DNA of 63,151 bases, the filler included, from Stramenopiles sp. TOSAG23-3 (taxonomy: Eukaryota): NCBI GenBank assembly GCA_900128585.1. It is 6 parts of 6 records of this genome, joined end to end, with 100 filler letters (N's around TTAATTAATTAA, not from the genome) between each part and the next. Parts side by side here need not be neighbours in the genome. Positions count along the whole stretch, not along the records: positions 52,730 to 63,151 come from LT642819.1; 5 more parts are not named here. One strand, written 5' to 3'. The notes beneath the pieces are model-generated. The model was not told where the DNA came from and did not search any database. It worked only from the letters and a program-made list of their open reading frames with translations. Of this stretch, positions 53,080 to 63,151 are shown one piece after another. A program made the position numbers and the translations under genes. Each line of letters opens with the position of its first letter. Position 1 is the first letter of the stretch.

Positions 53080-53670
53080 TTAAAGGATCTCACAAAATTT
53101 CGACGACTCTTTCATACTCTCACGGTCTCTCTTTTTCTCCGCCAACACATGCCATTGCCCAATTGCACCAAGTAGATTCTCCCGGGGGATCCCGCCGGCT
53201 TCCTCAGATTTACAAATTTCCATAACCCAGCTGACGTCCTCTTTCGTGACTTTCACCTGTTTTGTGTGCCCTGTCACACCTCGCGCTTTATCTTTCATTA
53301 GTTCAAACAATTCCTCTTCGGTAAGCTTTCCATCAGAGTCCACGTCGTATTTTGCGAACAAATCATCTAAATATTTTTGCTGCTTTGCGTAGTAGCGGTA
53401 CTGCTTCACGACGCGAATAATGTCGTCTTTGGAACACTCTTCCGAAGGCAACTGCTTCTTTATGAACTGCACGTCTACTTCGCAACCAGGCTCTATAAAT
53501 TTAAAAAGATTAAGTAACTCACCAGCATCTAAGTATTTGCTGTCGTCGTCATCAAACTTGTCGAACCACTGATGAATCTCAGCTTCAGCTAATTCGTCCT
53601 GTTCTCTCCGGATTTTCGCCCGTGTTTCGTACTTCTCCCTCCGCTTCCTCGCAGCGCGCGCAGCCGCCAT
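53080..53670 (-). CDS. EF-hand calcium-binding protein with a C-terminal CaaX box
   Basis: EF loops DDDDSKYLDAGEL and DVDSDGKLTEEEL. The protein ends CEIL. Confidence 0.85.
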   Translation of the reverse strand: MAAARAARKRREKYETRAKIRREQDELAEAEIHQWFDKFDDDDSKYLDAGELLNLFKFIEPGCEVDVQFIKKQLPSEECSKDDIIRVVKQYRYYAKQQKYLDDLFAKYDVDSDGKLTEEELFELMKDKARGVTGHTKQVKVTKEDVSWVMEICKSEEAGGIPRENLLGAIGQWHVLAEKKRDRESMKESSKFCEIL

Positions 53671-54566
53671 ATCTCAAACGTAAGTGTATGGTAAGACTGT
53701 AAAGAAAGGCTATTTCCGTAAAATCCTAATGTGTTGTACAATGTCGACCTGAAAATGACTTGTCTCTTTCTTCCCTTTCTGCAATTGTTTCTCGCGGACT
53801 GCTTTGGACCGAGCACTGGGTCATGTGAATCATCATATTGTGTAATACACGGTGCAGTCCTAAGCAAGCCCCTAGTACCAAGTAGTAATTAATTTGGTAC
53901 TGATGAAGATGTAACTAGCACCACCACAATAAACTGCCGCCCCAACCAACTATCGGTATTATAGGTATTATATTGTAATACCACCTACGGTAAGGCGGGG
54001 AAGAAAATATTCAAATAATAAATAATTGTAGTGAATAGACTATAAATAGATATTATAGAGATGATAGAGGTGTACGAGTATGTAGATAGCAACAACAACC
54101 AAAGCAGTTTAATATGTCGGTTCTATGTAATTATTAGGTAATAGGTAATAGACAGACAACCGCTTCATCTTCTGGAGTTGTTGATTGATGATTGATTGCC
54201 ACAAAATAAAAATATCCGCACCAAAGCCCAAAGCCCAAAGCCCAAAGCCCAAAGCCAACGAATAGAAAACACTTAAGGAGTTTAATTACATAAACAAACG
54301 TTGCATTGAAATTTTGTGCTGTACCTTTTGGTATCCTCGTAATGTAACATTATAGAGTGTGTGTCCAGGTCAGTTTTTTCTGCTTCGATTATTTTATTTA
54401 CGCTGAAAGGAACTTCATGGACGATCGAGATGTACTTATATATTGTAGAATAAAAATAGGAAACAATTTGGTTTTATACTAATTTTAATACAATATTAAA
54501 TTTTAATATATAGAACAATTTTATATTAGTATAATACTTCAAGATAACAAGTACAAAAGTTCTTTT

Positions 54567-55715
54567 TTACCAGCCATGTTCCCAAAAATTTTTCTGATCT
54601 TGCTTCTCTCGAAGTTCAGAGTCTACGTTTCGAGTGAACTGGGACACTTCAGCAGCGCCACGCACCAAATCTGGAAAAAGACTTTTTTTAATCCCATCGA
54701 GGCCACCGCCGATATCTAACTCATCTCGAGCACACACGGACATCATATCAAGTGCTTCTAGCTCGTTAAACGGGCAAAGCTTCATGCACTGGCAGGCCGT
54801 TTGTGCATTCCAATCGTTGCCTCCAAGGCTGCTTTTGTAACTAATTAAATATCTATCGCGAGCCGAGCCTTCGATTTGATCCCATAATTGAAAACAATAA
54901 TCTCCTAGCTGCGCTGGGTTCGATGCATGCTCAGGGGCAGGCTCGTATGGCGGAGATCCAAGGCCCTCTTTTAACTCCGGCTTCCCCAGTACCCGTCTTC
55001 TGCGCCGGCTCAAACCAGGAGGATGTTTGCGCTCCGGGGGCGCGGCACCGTTATGCACACCTCTATAACATTCCTCTTCAAACACTGGGAAGGTCTTTAC
55101 GACCCAGTAACACATATAACACCTATCGTTACACTCGGAACGCTCCTTGCAAAAGGGGTCGTACGCGCAGTTTTTGTCGTTCATAACTTTCGCACACTTA
55201 GACCCTTCGCCGGTGGACGGACTGTCACATTTCCCCATCTCCAGGCAGATGTTGTAGTACGACTCTTTCCCCCGCAGGCCTTTGATGATCTGCTGGGTTT
55301 TGAAACGGTCATCTCGGATTTCCAGCTTCATGTTGTTGCACAGCGATTGTTTCTCCGGGGTTTCAAACATGTCACAGTGGGACGTGAAACCGCACCCGTG
55401 GGTGTCGTCAGCTTCTCTAGCAGAGCTAAGGGTGTCTGCATTTCCTGCGCAGGGGAAAGTTTCACGCCATGTCTGCGCAACGTCCACGCAGGCCCTGCAG
55501 CGCCAACTGTTTCCTTTATATCTGCTCGGGGGCGCCACCACCCCCGGGCCGTTCATCGACGGCTTTACCCCCGAGCGGAGAAGCTGCTGCTCTTTACCGG
55601 CATTTACGAGGCAGACGAAGAATAGCGCACACCAGAGCGAAAGAAACGGCACAAGGACGGCACGCCGACCCCACCCCCTCGCCGTCCTTAAGCCCGTTGT
55701 TCGAAATGACTTCAT
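54567..55715 (-). CDS. Secreted Cys-rich protein, possibly with saposin-like modules
   Basis: Hydrophobic signal/anchor. CRACVDVA...C...ICLEMGKC and CYMCYWVV...C...ACQCMKLC patterns. Confidence 0.65.
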   Translation of the reverse strand: MKSFRTTGLRTARGWGRRAVLVPFLSLWCALFFVCLVNAGKEQQLLRSGVKPSMNGPGVVAPPSRYKGNSWRCRACVDVAQTWRETFPCAGNADTLSSAREADDTHGCGFTSHCDMFETPEKQSLCNNMKLEIRDDRFKTQQIIKGLRGKESYYNICLEMGKCDSPSTGEGSKCAKVMNDKNCAYDPFCKERSECNDRCYMCYWVVKTFPVFEEECYRGVHNGAAPPERKHPPGLSRRRRRVLGKPELKEGLGSPPYEPAPEHASNPAQLGDYCFQLWDQIEGSARDRYLISYKSSLGGNDWNAQTACQCMKLCPFNELEALDMMSVCARDELDIGGGLDGIKKSLFPDLVRGAAEVSQFTRNVDSELREKQDQKNFWEHGW

Positions 55716-56606
55716 AGTGTAGATGTTCTACGAACCCTTCCAATCGACCACCCAATCGTTCGCTTGTCTTGGTTCTTTCTAAATTTATTGTAAAATTTAA
55801 ATGGATGAACCATACTTTTCATATGAAATACTCTTTATCTATATACACAATATATTGTAATTATTATATTAACACATAGTTTTTCATTATAAAAAATATA
55901 AATACTTCGTTATAATATTATTATTTATTATTATATTATAATAATAATTAATTCATTTTTTTTTTTATTCGCAATCAATCTCTCTCTTCCTTCTTCTGCT
56001 GTCTACGAAGCTTACGTATATAATTTACAGCAAAGAAGTACAAAATTAAAATAGACTTAGTATACGAGGAATTTAAATTATACGTAATAGAGAGACAAGA
56101 CCAGTTAAAGTACGTCAATGCTGTGTTTATGTTGTGTGTCACGATAGGGTGACCAATACGAGTATAAATAAATGGTAGAATAAATACTACGCAAAAAGAA
56201 TATTAGCGTTACATAGGGTACTTATTGTAATATGCCCCCCCCCCTTTTGAAAAAAGAAGGTTCATTCCATTCACTCGTTCACCTTATTTCGATGTCCTCG
56301 TTGGTAGATATAAAAATATAGTACGAGGAAAGTATACGAGGTATGAATAGCATAATAATAATAAACAAGGAAAACAAAAAAGTCTTCTCGAATAAAAAAA
56401 GCTGTAGAAGCAGAAAAAAGAAAGACATTTGTATTACCGAAAGGTACGGTAGTCCTCGTTCGTACGGGTACCTGGTACCGGTACCCGGTTCGTATTATAT
56501 CAGGTACCCGTACTAACTGTACAATAATAGTATTATTAGACCGACTATCCTGCCGTGCTGCCGCCGATCACCCACCGATCGTGTCATCGCCGACCTGTTA
56601 ACCAAA

Positions 56607-56738
56607 ATGACGGTGGTGGAATACGCCCGCATACAGAAGCACGCCGAGGTCGTCGCCCTCTTGGAAAGCCGTATTCAGAAGGGGGCGGAAGGGCAAGGGG
56701 GGTATGAAGGCTCTCGAAGGCACGCTAAACATTTATAA
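56607..56738 (+). pseudogene. Orphan terminal ankyrin-repeat remnant
   Basis: A GC-rich patch translates as MTVVEYARIQKHAEVVALLES..., which resembles a last ankyrin repeat. No intact upstream gene is visible. Confidence 0.4.
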
Positions 56739-56762
56739 ATAATTTCTCCAGATATAATCTTT

Positions 56763-57557
56763 TCATTTTTTTATCGCATCACCGACTAACTTGATTTCGT
56801 CGAAACAATCCGTGAATCCGCCAATCTCAGAAAACGTCCACGTCGCATTTAATTTTTCAAATCTTTCTTTGGTCCCGCCAAGTAAACGGGGGTCCGGCAA
56901 AGCGACAGTATAGGCACCAGCGGCTTGCGCTCCCTGCACCCCGAACGGAGAGTCCTCAAAAACTATCGAGCGCTTTGGATTTATGTTCAGGCGCCGGGCG
57001 GCTTCCAGGAATATGTCAGGATTCGGTTTCCCGTTCTCAACTTCATTGCCCGTTACCACTGCGTCCATAAAGTCAAGAATGTCTTTGTGGTATATCATTT
57101 TTTTGTCAAAACTGTAACGAGGCGACGACGTCGCGATCGCCATGGGAAATCCCCTTGCCTTGAACTCTTTTAGCAGGCCAAGGGTCGACTCCCACTTTGG
57201 GATCGAGGGGTACAGACTTAGCATCACAGTCATGTACTCAGCGGCGTACTCAGCGGGCGAAAGCCCCAACGCTGGGGTACTCTCGACGACAATGCGACTC
57301 CAGTCTTCTGTTTTCATGCCCACAATTTTCGAGTGGAGATCCCAACTAAACGTTTTTATCCCTCTGTCCAGCAAAGGACGTTCCAGGGCTTCGTGCGAAG
57401 CGCCTTCATAGTCAATAAGCGTTCCGTCCAAGTCAAAAATGATCCCTTCAACCTCTTTCACCGCCGCCGCACTGCCGCTAGTAGACATGCCTCTCCTGCC
57501 ACAAGAAAGGGAAATGTTCTGAACAAATAGCTTTCGAAATACAAAACTGCAACGCAT
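56763..57557 (-). CDS. HAD-family phosphatase (pseudouridine-5'-phosphatase/HDHD1-like) with a possible mitochondrial presequence
   Basis: IIFDLDGTLID, IATSS, GKPNPDIF, VFEDSPFG. Confidence 0.9.
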   Translation of the reverse strand: MRCSFVFRKLFVQNISLSCGRRGMSTSGSAAAVKEVEGIIFDLDGTLIDYEGASHEALERPLLDRGIKTFSWDLHSKIVGMKTEDWSRIVVESTPALGLSPAEYAAEYMTVMLSLYPSIPKWESTLGLLKEFKARGFPMAIATSSPRYSFDKKMIYHKDILDFMDAVVTGNEVENGKPNPDIFLEAARRLNINPKRSIVFEDSPFGVQGAQAAGAYTVALPDPRLLGGTKERFEKLNATWTFSEIGGFTDCFDEIKLVGDAIKK

Positions 57558-58412
57558 GAAAATTTATGCGCGTGAGGAATTCACTTCTTTTAACCACCTA
57601 TAATTAAATTGGTTGAGAGTAGCAAGTATTTGAGGTTTGGTAGTTTAGTTTGGTATAATTATAGTAAAGGAAACTATTTTGGCATTTATCATCAACACAA
57701 AAAAATACGCAACCACCGTAGTCTAGGAAGTGCGGTCAAGAACTGTAATAATAAAAAAATAATAAATTTTATTAATTAGACGACGACGACGACGCAGCAA
57801 TAAATATCTTGTACGTATATAATAATAAGGAGGAGGACTATTAATATTATAAATATAATAAATATTATAATAAAAAAAAAAGAAGAACGAAGAAGATTTT
57901 TTATTTTATAAAAAATTATTATAATAATTTTTTTTCTTTTTTCTTTTTTTGTTGATGTCCCCCCCGAAAACAATAACACAATATTGGAACAAACTTAATC
58001 TATTAATAAATAAATAATCTATAGCTGGCAATAGCGCTACGACTAAAAAAAACACTCCTTGTTGTGTAATATAATAATAGTATTATAGCAGCAATAATGC
58101 AAAAAACGAGGAGAACCCAACGAGTTCATTCCGACCAACAACAACAACTGGTCAGTAGTAGTCAAACAACAACAACAAAACAAACAAACAAAAACATTTT
58201 TGAATTATTTACCGAGTATTAATTATTGAATATTCTAATAACTATATGTACTACATTCACATAATTGTTTTTTATTAACAGCTCATGTAAACACATTATT
58301 GAAAACGCGTAACATTCATTTACAAGAAATTTTAGAACAGACAATCTTCTCTTTACCGAGAGAGCCGTTTAGAAGAAAACCAACTGCAGCAACCCTATTA
58401 CTCAGGGAAAGG

Positions 58413-59882
58413 ATGAGACGAGGTTTCCGGATAGTGCTAAGGGCTCTGTCCGTCGTGGCCGTTTCTGGGGGAGCGGCCGTGTGCATTGGAAAAATCGTTC
58501 TGGACAGAATTCATCACTCTGTTGGAATTGCCCCACCTACGGAACAGCAGCTTGAAGAAGAAGACCAAGAAGAACATGCACTATTTCGTCATCTCCCCAC
58601 GCTTAGACGACGTTTGGCCTGGCGACAGTTGGGACATTTCCCGACCCCAATCCATAGAGGAATCATTGGCTCAGACAAAAACACTACGTTCTACGTGAAA
58701 CGAGAAGACCTGAGCTCCGGCGCGTACGGGGGCAACAAAGTTCGTACTTTGCAGCACCAGCTGGCCGTGTGCGAATCAAAAAATCCAGCCAGCAACATTT
58801 ACGTGTGCGGGTCCGGGGGATCAAACCAAGTAGTTGCAACCGTTGTCCACGGTTTTTCTCGTTTGAAACTGCGGAACATTCTCCCAGTGTACGTTACCGC
58901 GGACGTGCCGGATCTGGACAATACGATGAATATGCTGAGCGTGTTGTCCTTTGCCTTGCCAGAACCGATCGTGACATGGGGGGCGATGTCATCTGTCGTA
59001 AGCGCACTGTGGAAAGCTATTAACCCTTTGTCCGATTCATTTATTCTGCCACCTGGCGGAAACAATCCGAGTGGAGTGCTCGGACAAATTTCGGGAATGT
59101 TGGAACTGGCCGAGCAGGTGCTTAGCGGTGAAGTTTCTGACCCGAATCATATTTTTCTGGCTGTTGGAAGCTCTTGTACAATTACTGGGCTTATTATTGG
59201 CACTGCGCTGGCAAAGCATTTAAATCTACCGGTCTTTGAGAATCTCACAATTCATGGAGTTCCAATACACGACGGTATAGTAAAAGCTAATAAGAACATC
59301 AATTTTTCACGCTCAACATGGTCCTCGTATTTTCCAATGTCGATCCGACATTCTATTCGTTCAACTTGTTCAACCTTAGTCGAGCTGGGGGGACCTGACT
59401 TGGACGCCAAGGCCATGTACATTTTTGAACATAACGTTGTCATCCACAATGCAACAGACATCGTTGGAAAATATGGGGGGCATTCAGTATTAAGCAGAGA
59501 AGCCGCTTCACGGTATGACAGTCATGGGAAAGTTTTTGACGCAAGTGGGAACGAAACTCGGCCGTTGTGGCTGTGCGGGCATTTCACGTCCAAAGCTTTT
59601 GCTGTTATGATGGAAAAAGCAGAGAAGTGGAAAGAGACAAAAGGGGTGTTTCTTTTTTGGCAGACAAAATCTGCTGTGCAACCCTTAGGCACTGCGGACG
59701 AGTGGGGCAAATTGAAAATCATGCCCGGAAAGATAAAGGCATGGGCAAACAAAGGCAAAGCTGAAAGTTCACTGCGGGTTGGCCGAGTAAATGTTGATAC
59801 CGGCGACAAGGAGGACTATCGTCACTTGATGACACGGGTAGACAATGTTGATGCGAAGCATGGCAGCAGGGCAAGCATGTGA
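58413..59882 (+). CDS. PLP-dependent enzyme, D-cysteine desulfhydrase/ACC deaminase family
   Basis: FPTPI, YVKREDLS...YGGNKVR (PLP lysine), GSNQ, PPGGNNP, IFLAVGSSCT and FTSKA. First ATG at 58413, followed by a hydrophobic segment. Confidence 0.88.
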   Translation: MRRGFRIVLRALSVVAVSGGAAVCIGKIVLDRIHHSVGIAPPTEQQLEEEDQEEHALFRHLPTLRRRLAWRQLGHFPTPIHRGIIGSDKNTTFYVKREDLSSGAYGGNKVRTLQHQLAVCESKNPASNIYVCGSGGSNQVVATVVHGFSRLKLRNILPVYVTADVPDLDNTMNMLSVLSFALPEPIVTWGAMSSVVSALWKAINPLSDSFILPPGGNNPSGVLGQISGMLELAEQVLSGEVSDPNHIFLAVGSSCTITGLIIGTALAKHLNLPVFENLTIHGVPIHDGIVKANKNINFSRSTWSSYFPMSIRHSIRSTCSTLVELGGPDLDAKAMYIFEHNVVIHNATDIVGKYGGHSVLSREAASRYDSHGKVFDASGNETRPLWLCGHFTSKAFAVMMEKAEKWKETKGVFLFWQTKSAVQPLGTADEWGKLKIMPGKIKAWANKGKAESSLRVGRVNVDTGDKEDYRHLMTRVDNVDAKHGSRASM

Positions 59883-60108
59883 AATCGGCAAACGGACTTG
59901 GACGGTTTGGTTTACCCCCTTATATTTTATTTTTTTAAAGAAGTTGAAACGTAACCATTATTGTCTGACTTTAAAAAATGAGAGTCTTAAAGCATACTAT
60001 ATAATAAAAAAAAACTAATGCTATTACCAATATATAATTTGTTTTTTTTAATAATTTGTTTTTTTTAATATATAATTTGTTTTTTTATCTGCCTTTCCTC
60101 CTTGGCCC

Positions 60109-62330
60109 TTAAAACCTTCTCTTAGCTGCAGTCTGAAAAAAGTTCGCCTGCGTCTTTTTTGCCTCCCGAACACTAGCGTGTTTTTTTACCTCGTTCCGCC
60201 GACGCTGACGATCTTGTGCTTCTTGCCTCATCTTCTTCTCGTAACGCTTTGCCTCTATCTTTAACTTGTCAACAAGGTCTTTATTGGTTTTTGTAGAGAA
60301 CTTCCACGCTTTCTCTTCAGTATCAAACACGTTTTGGAAAAGTACGTTTACATCCGTTTTGAATGGGTTGCAACCGATGAACAGTGCGATCACGTTCAAC
60401 CGTTTCAATCGAATGGCAATGTCTACGGGGGATTCCCCTGTCTTGTTTTCTGTGTACATACCGTCTTTGTGCAGTTTCCAAAGCGCTTCGATGGTTTTCG
60501 TTCGAGCATACTCTGCAGCAGTGTGCAGCGGAATACCAAGCTCTCCCATTTCCGTTTTGACTTGAAACGGGTTTTCTTTGTGAAGAAACAAAATGTCGCT
60601 CGGAGAAGTGTGTTTCCATCGTCCAGCACCACGATCGTACCTTTTTCTAGCAAAAGCCTCTCTTCTTCCAATTGTCGTTTTTGTGCTTCTATTTCAGCAT
60701 TTTGATCAGCAATTCGCTGGGCTTCTTGTCTTTGTATTTCCTGGTGTCGGGCCTTTTCTTCTTCCAGGATTTGTGTTTGACGCTCCGCTTTTTTTTTGGA
60801 CTCTCTCTCCGCTGCTTCGATCTCTTTCCGCCTGGTCTCCAGCAAAGCTTCTGCTTCGACCCTTCGTTTTTCTGCCTTTTCCCTCTCCTCAGTTTCAACC
60901 TCTTTTCGCTTTGCCTCTAGTAACGCTTCATGTTCGTCGGCTTTTTCTTGTGCAGCCTCTTCTTTCTCCCTCTTCTCTTTCGCTGTTAGCTCGGCCCGCA
61001 CCGCATCCTGCCCACCCTCCTCCTCGGAGTTGTTGCCAGTTTCATTTTTTGACAATAGGTCGACTTCTTCTACTTTGATCTCAGCTGCGGTTTCCTTCCC
61101 CTCGGTGTCGTCTACCCGTAGCAAGGGAGTGCAGGCACCTTCGGGCGCAGCACGTTTTCCTGTTTTGTCATCGTCTCGGGGGGTAACGATCTCTGCCTCA
61201 CCCAGATCGTCACTTTCTTTACTCTGCGCGCTGCTCTCCTTCGGCTCCGTCTTCTTCGCTTTGGGTACTGTCAATGCCGCCTTTTCGTTTGTCAACCTCT
61301 CTTCTCTTTCCCTTCGTTTCTTCTCCAAAACTTCCTTCGCCTTTTCTTTCCGGATTAATTCGTCTTCAGCTTCTTTCTCGAGCCTCTCCTCCTCTTCAAT
61401 TTTTGCCTTTCGCGCCAGTTCTTGATTTCTATAATACTCTTGCGTTGCCTGCCTTTCCTGCCTTCTCTCTTGAATGAGTTGGTCTTCTTTTGATCGCGCA
61501 AGGTCTTGTGCCCACTGCTTTCTACACGTCTCGTCCTCCTGTTGCATTTGTATCCTTCCCTCGCTTTCCTTCATGGCATCTCGTCTTCCGTTTTTTTCTG
61601 CTAGTGCCTTATCTTTTCTATTTTGAATGTATGCCTTCTGAAGTTCTTCCCATGGCACTATTTTGTTTAGCCCTAGTGATTGCGCGACAGACGGGTACAT
61701 GTACCCCTGGAGGCACATCTTTTCTGCAAACGAATGCCACCCAGCCTCAATCTTTTCGAACTCAATTTCTGCAGTGTCTGAAGCATCTTTAACCTCCTTT
61801 CTTCGCAAAAGTTCTACTTTAAGGGCACCCAACCGCTCTTTCTCAGCTTTGGCATCTTCCACTTCCCACCGCTCCCGTTTTCTAAACTCTTCAATGGTGT
61901 AATTAGGCTCTGAAAGCAGTTCTATAGATTCTTTCCCGTTTAGGTCTTGGGCCCGCTCCAGCGCCGTTTTGCCATCGTTGCACGGCTTGTCAACAAAGTG
62001 GGACGGCCCAAACGACAGTAGGTACGGGATCAGGTCGAAATCATTGTTATCGGCGGCTAAGTGTAGCAGCGTGTCGCCGTTCTCTTCTCCGCAATAACCG
62101 ATCCCAGCACCATTGCCCGTTTCATCAGCCTTCTCTTCCACTTTTTCACACAAATATCGAACAACCTCAACGCGGGAGTGACTAAAGACAGCAAAATATA
62201 TTGGAAAATTATGGTACAACCCACCTCTCTTGAAAAGGTCACCAGGGCTTTTCGCCACCAATTTCTTCACTTCTTCTAAAGTGACCTCTTTCCACCACTC
62301 GAAATGGGGGTCGTAGAGTGACTCAAGCAT
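60109..62330 (-). CDS. Ankyrin module - long coiled coil - ankyrin module protein, with one frameshift near 60660
   Basis: GDTLLHLAA and GKTALERA, an E/K/R-rich coil, and a second module IPLHTAA, GESPVDIA. ORFs 60423-62330 and 60109-60591 join by a single-base shift. Confidence 0.8.
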
Positions 62331-63079
62331 GATGATGCCACCAAATGCTCTAGGAACTCACTACTATCTATGTACGTGTACTGCCTACAGAATTATTGGA
62401 TAGAATCCTTCTAATAAAAGAACAAGAAATGACACTTCTTCTTAAAACTATTTGGAAATCAATCAACAATTCAAAAAAAACAATCACTCTCTCCTTTCCA
62501 AAATGATGCGCAAAATACACGATGAGTTAATTATTTATAATAATATAGATTTTTTATTATGTTGTAATAAATAATTAATTTTTATTAGAAGAAAAAATAA
62601 AAAAAAACAGAGGAGGAAGAAGAAAAGAAGAAGTGCATTATATTTTGCCTTTTCTTATATGTGAATTCCCCTATATTATCGTCTGTAACGTATTTATAAG
62701 TACGTATTATATAGACTAAAAAATCAATTCGGTCATTCGTTCTGTTTGTTAAATATAAACCTATTTCTATCGTAATCTATTTTTAGTTTTGTGGTTTCGT
62801 TCTATATTTATATAATCATTGTAGTATATGATTATACATAGGGGAGAAGAATAAGATTATTGAGATGATTTGGTTGCTTGGTTACATAGACGTACTATTA
62901 AATAATAATAGTATTATAAAATATAGAACATTGAGAAATTTCCCATCTCTCCTCACATCACACATCATCAGTTCTCCTGTTCTCCTCATCTTTCTTATTA
63001 TTTTTTCTTTTTTATTTATTATTTTTTTTTATTAATAATTATTTTTTTATGTTTTCAAAAAACAACATCTTCTTTCTTC

Positions 63080-63151
63080 TTCTTTTCTTCTTTTCTTCTT
63101 TTCTTCTTTTCTTCTTTTCTTCTTTTCTTCTTTTCTTCTTTTCTTCTTTTC
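63080..63151 (+). repeat. (TTTTC/CTT)n simple repeat at the scaffold end
   Basis: Directly visible simple repeat. Confidence 0.9.

Noticed and set aside
3333-53670. Apparent cluster of ciliary/Ca2+ signalling genes (AK-IQ-EF, PDZ-IQ-WW, IFT54-CH receptor, TRPP channel, EF-CaaX)
   Set aside because: Each lies on a different, artificially joined scaffold, so co-location is meaningless.
54221-54257. (CCCAAAG)n as an interstitial telomere
   Set aside because: About five units, internal, and not matching CCCTAA/CCCTAAA. Treated as a microsatellite.
16146-60670. Genome-wide programmed frameshifting or an alternative genetic code
   Set aside because: The breaks share no common signal or direction, and most long genes are intact and end in standard TAA/TAG/TGA. 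Assembly errors are the simpler explanation.

Overview
Eukaryotic, intron-poor, gene-dense DNA. Coding regions are moderately GC-rich and intergenic tracts very AT-rich. The gene content (VPS11, peroxisomal ABCD transporter, cathepsin L, OGG1, DEAH helicase, ciliary and Ca2+-signalling domain proteins) suggests a flagellated protist, probably a stramenopile (inference only). The window is not one locus. It is six scaffolds of 10459, 10450, 10447, 10440, 10433 and 10422 bp, ordered by decreasing length and joined by identical 100-bp linkers (44 N + TTAATTAATTAA + 44 N), so adjacency across linkers has no biological meaning. About 22 protein-coding genes are supported. Several carry frameshifts or junctions that may be assembly errors. 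I found no rRNA, tRNA or CRISPR array. The most striking items are unusual single-gene architectures: (1) a polycystin/TRPP-type channel with ankyrin repeats and a CxxC glutaredoxin domain; (2) a giant multi-pass receptor-like protein ending in an IFT54/TRAF3IP1-type calponin-homology domain; (3) an apparently circularly permuted BPI/LBP protein; (4) a cytidylate-kinase/glyoxalase fusion; (5) a bacterial-type (UgtP-like) glycolipid synthase with a spliceosomal intron; (6) a VPS11 with a degenerate RING. A ~55-bp non-coding element also recurs in tail-to-tail intergenic regions on three separate scaffolds. All domain calls come from motif recognition by eye, not database searches.
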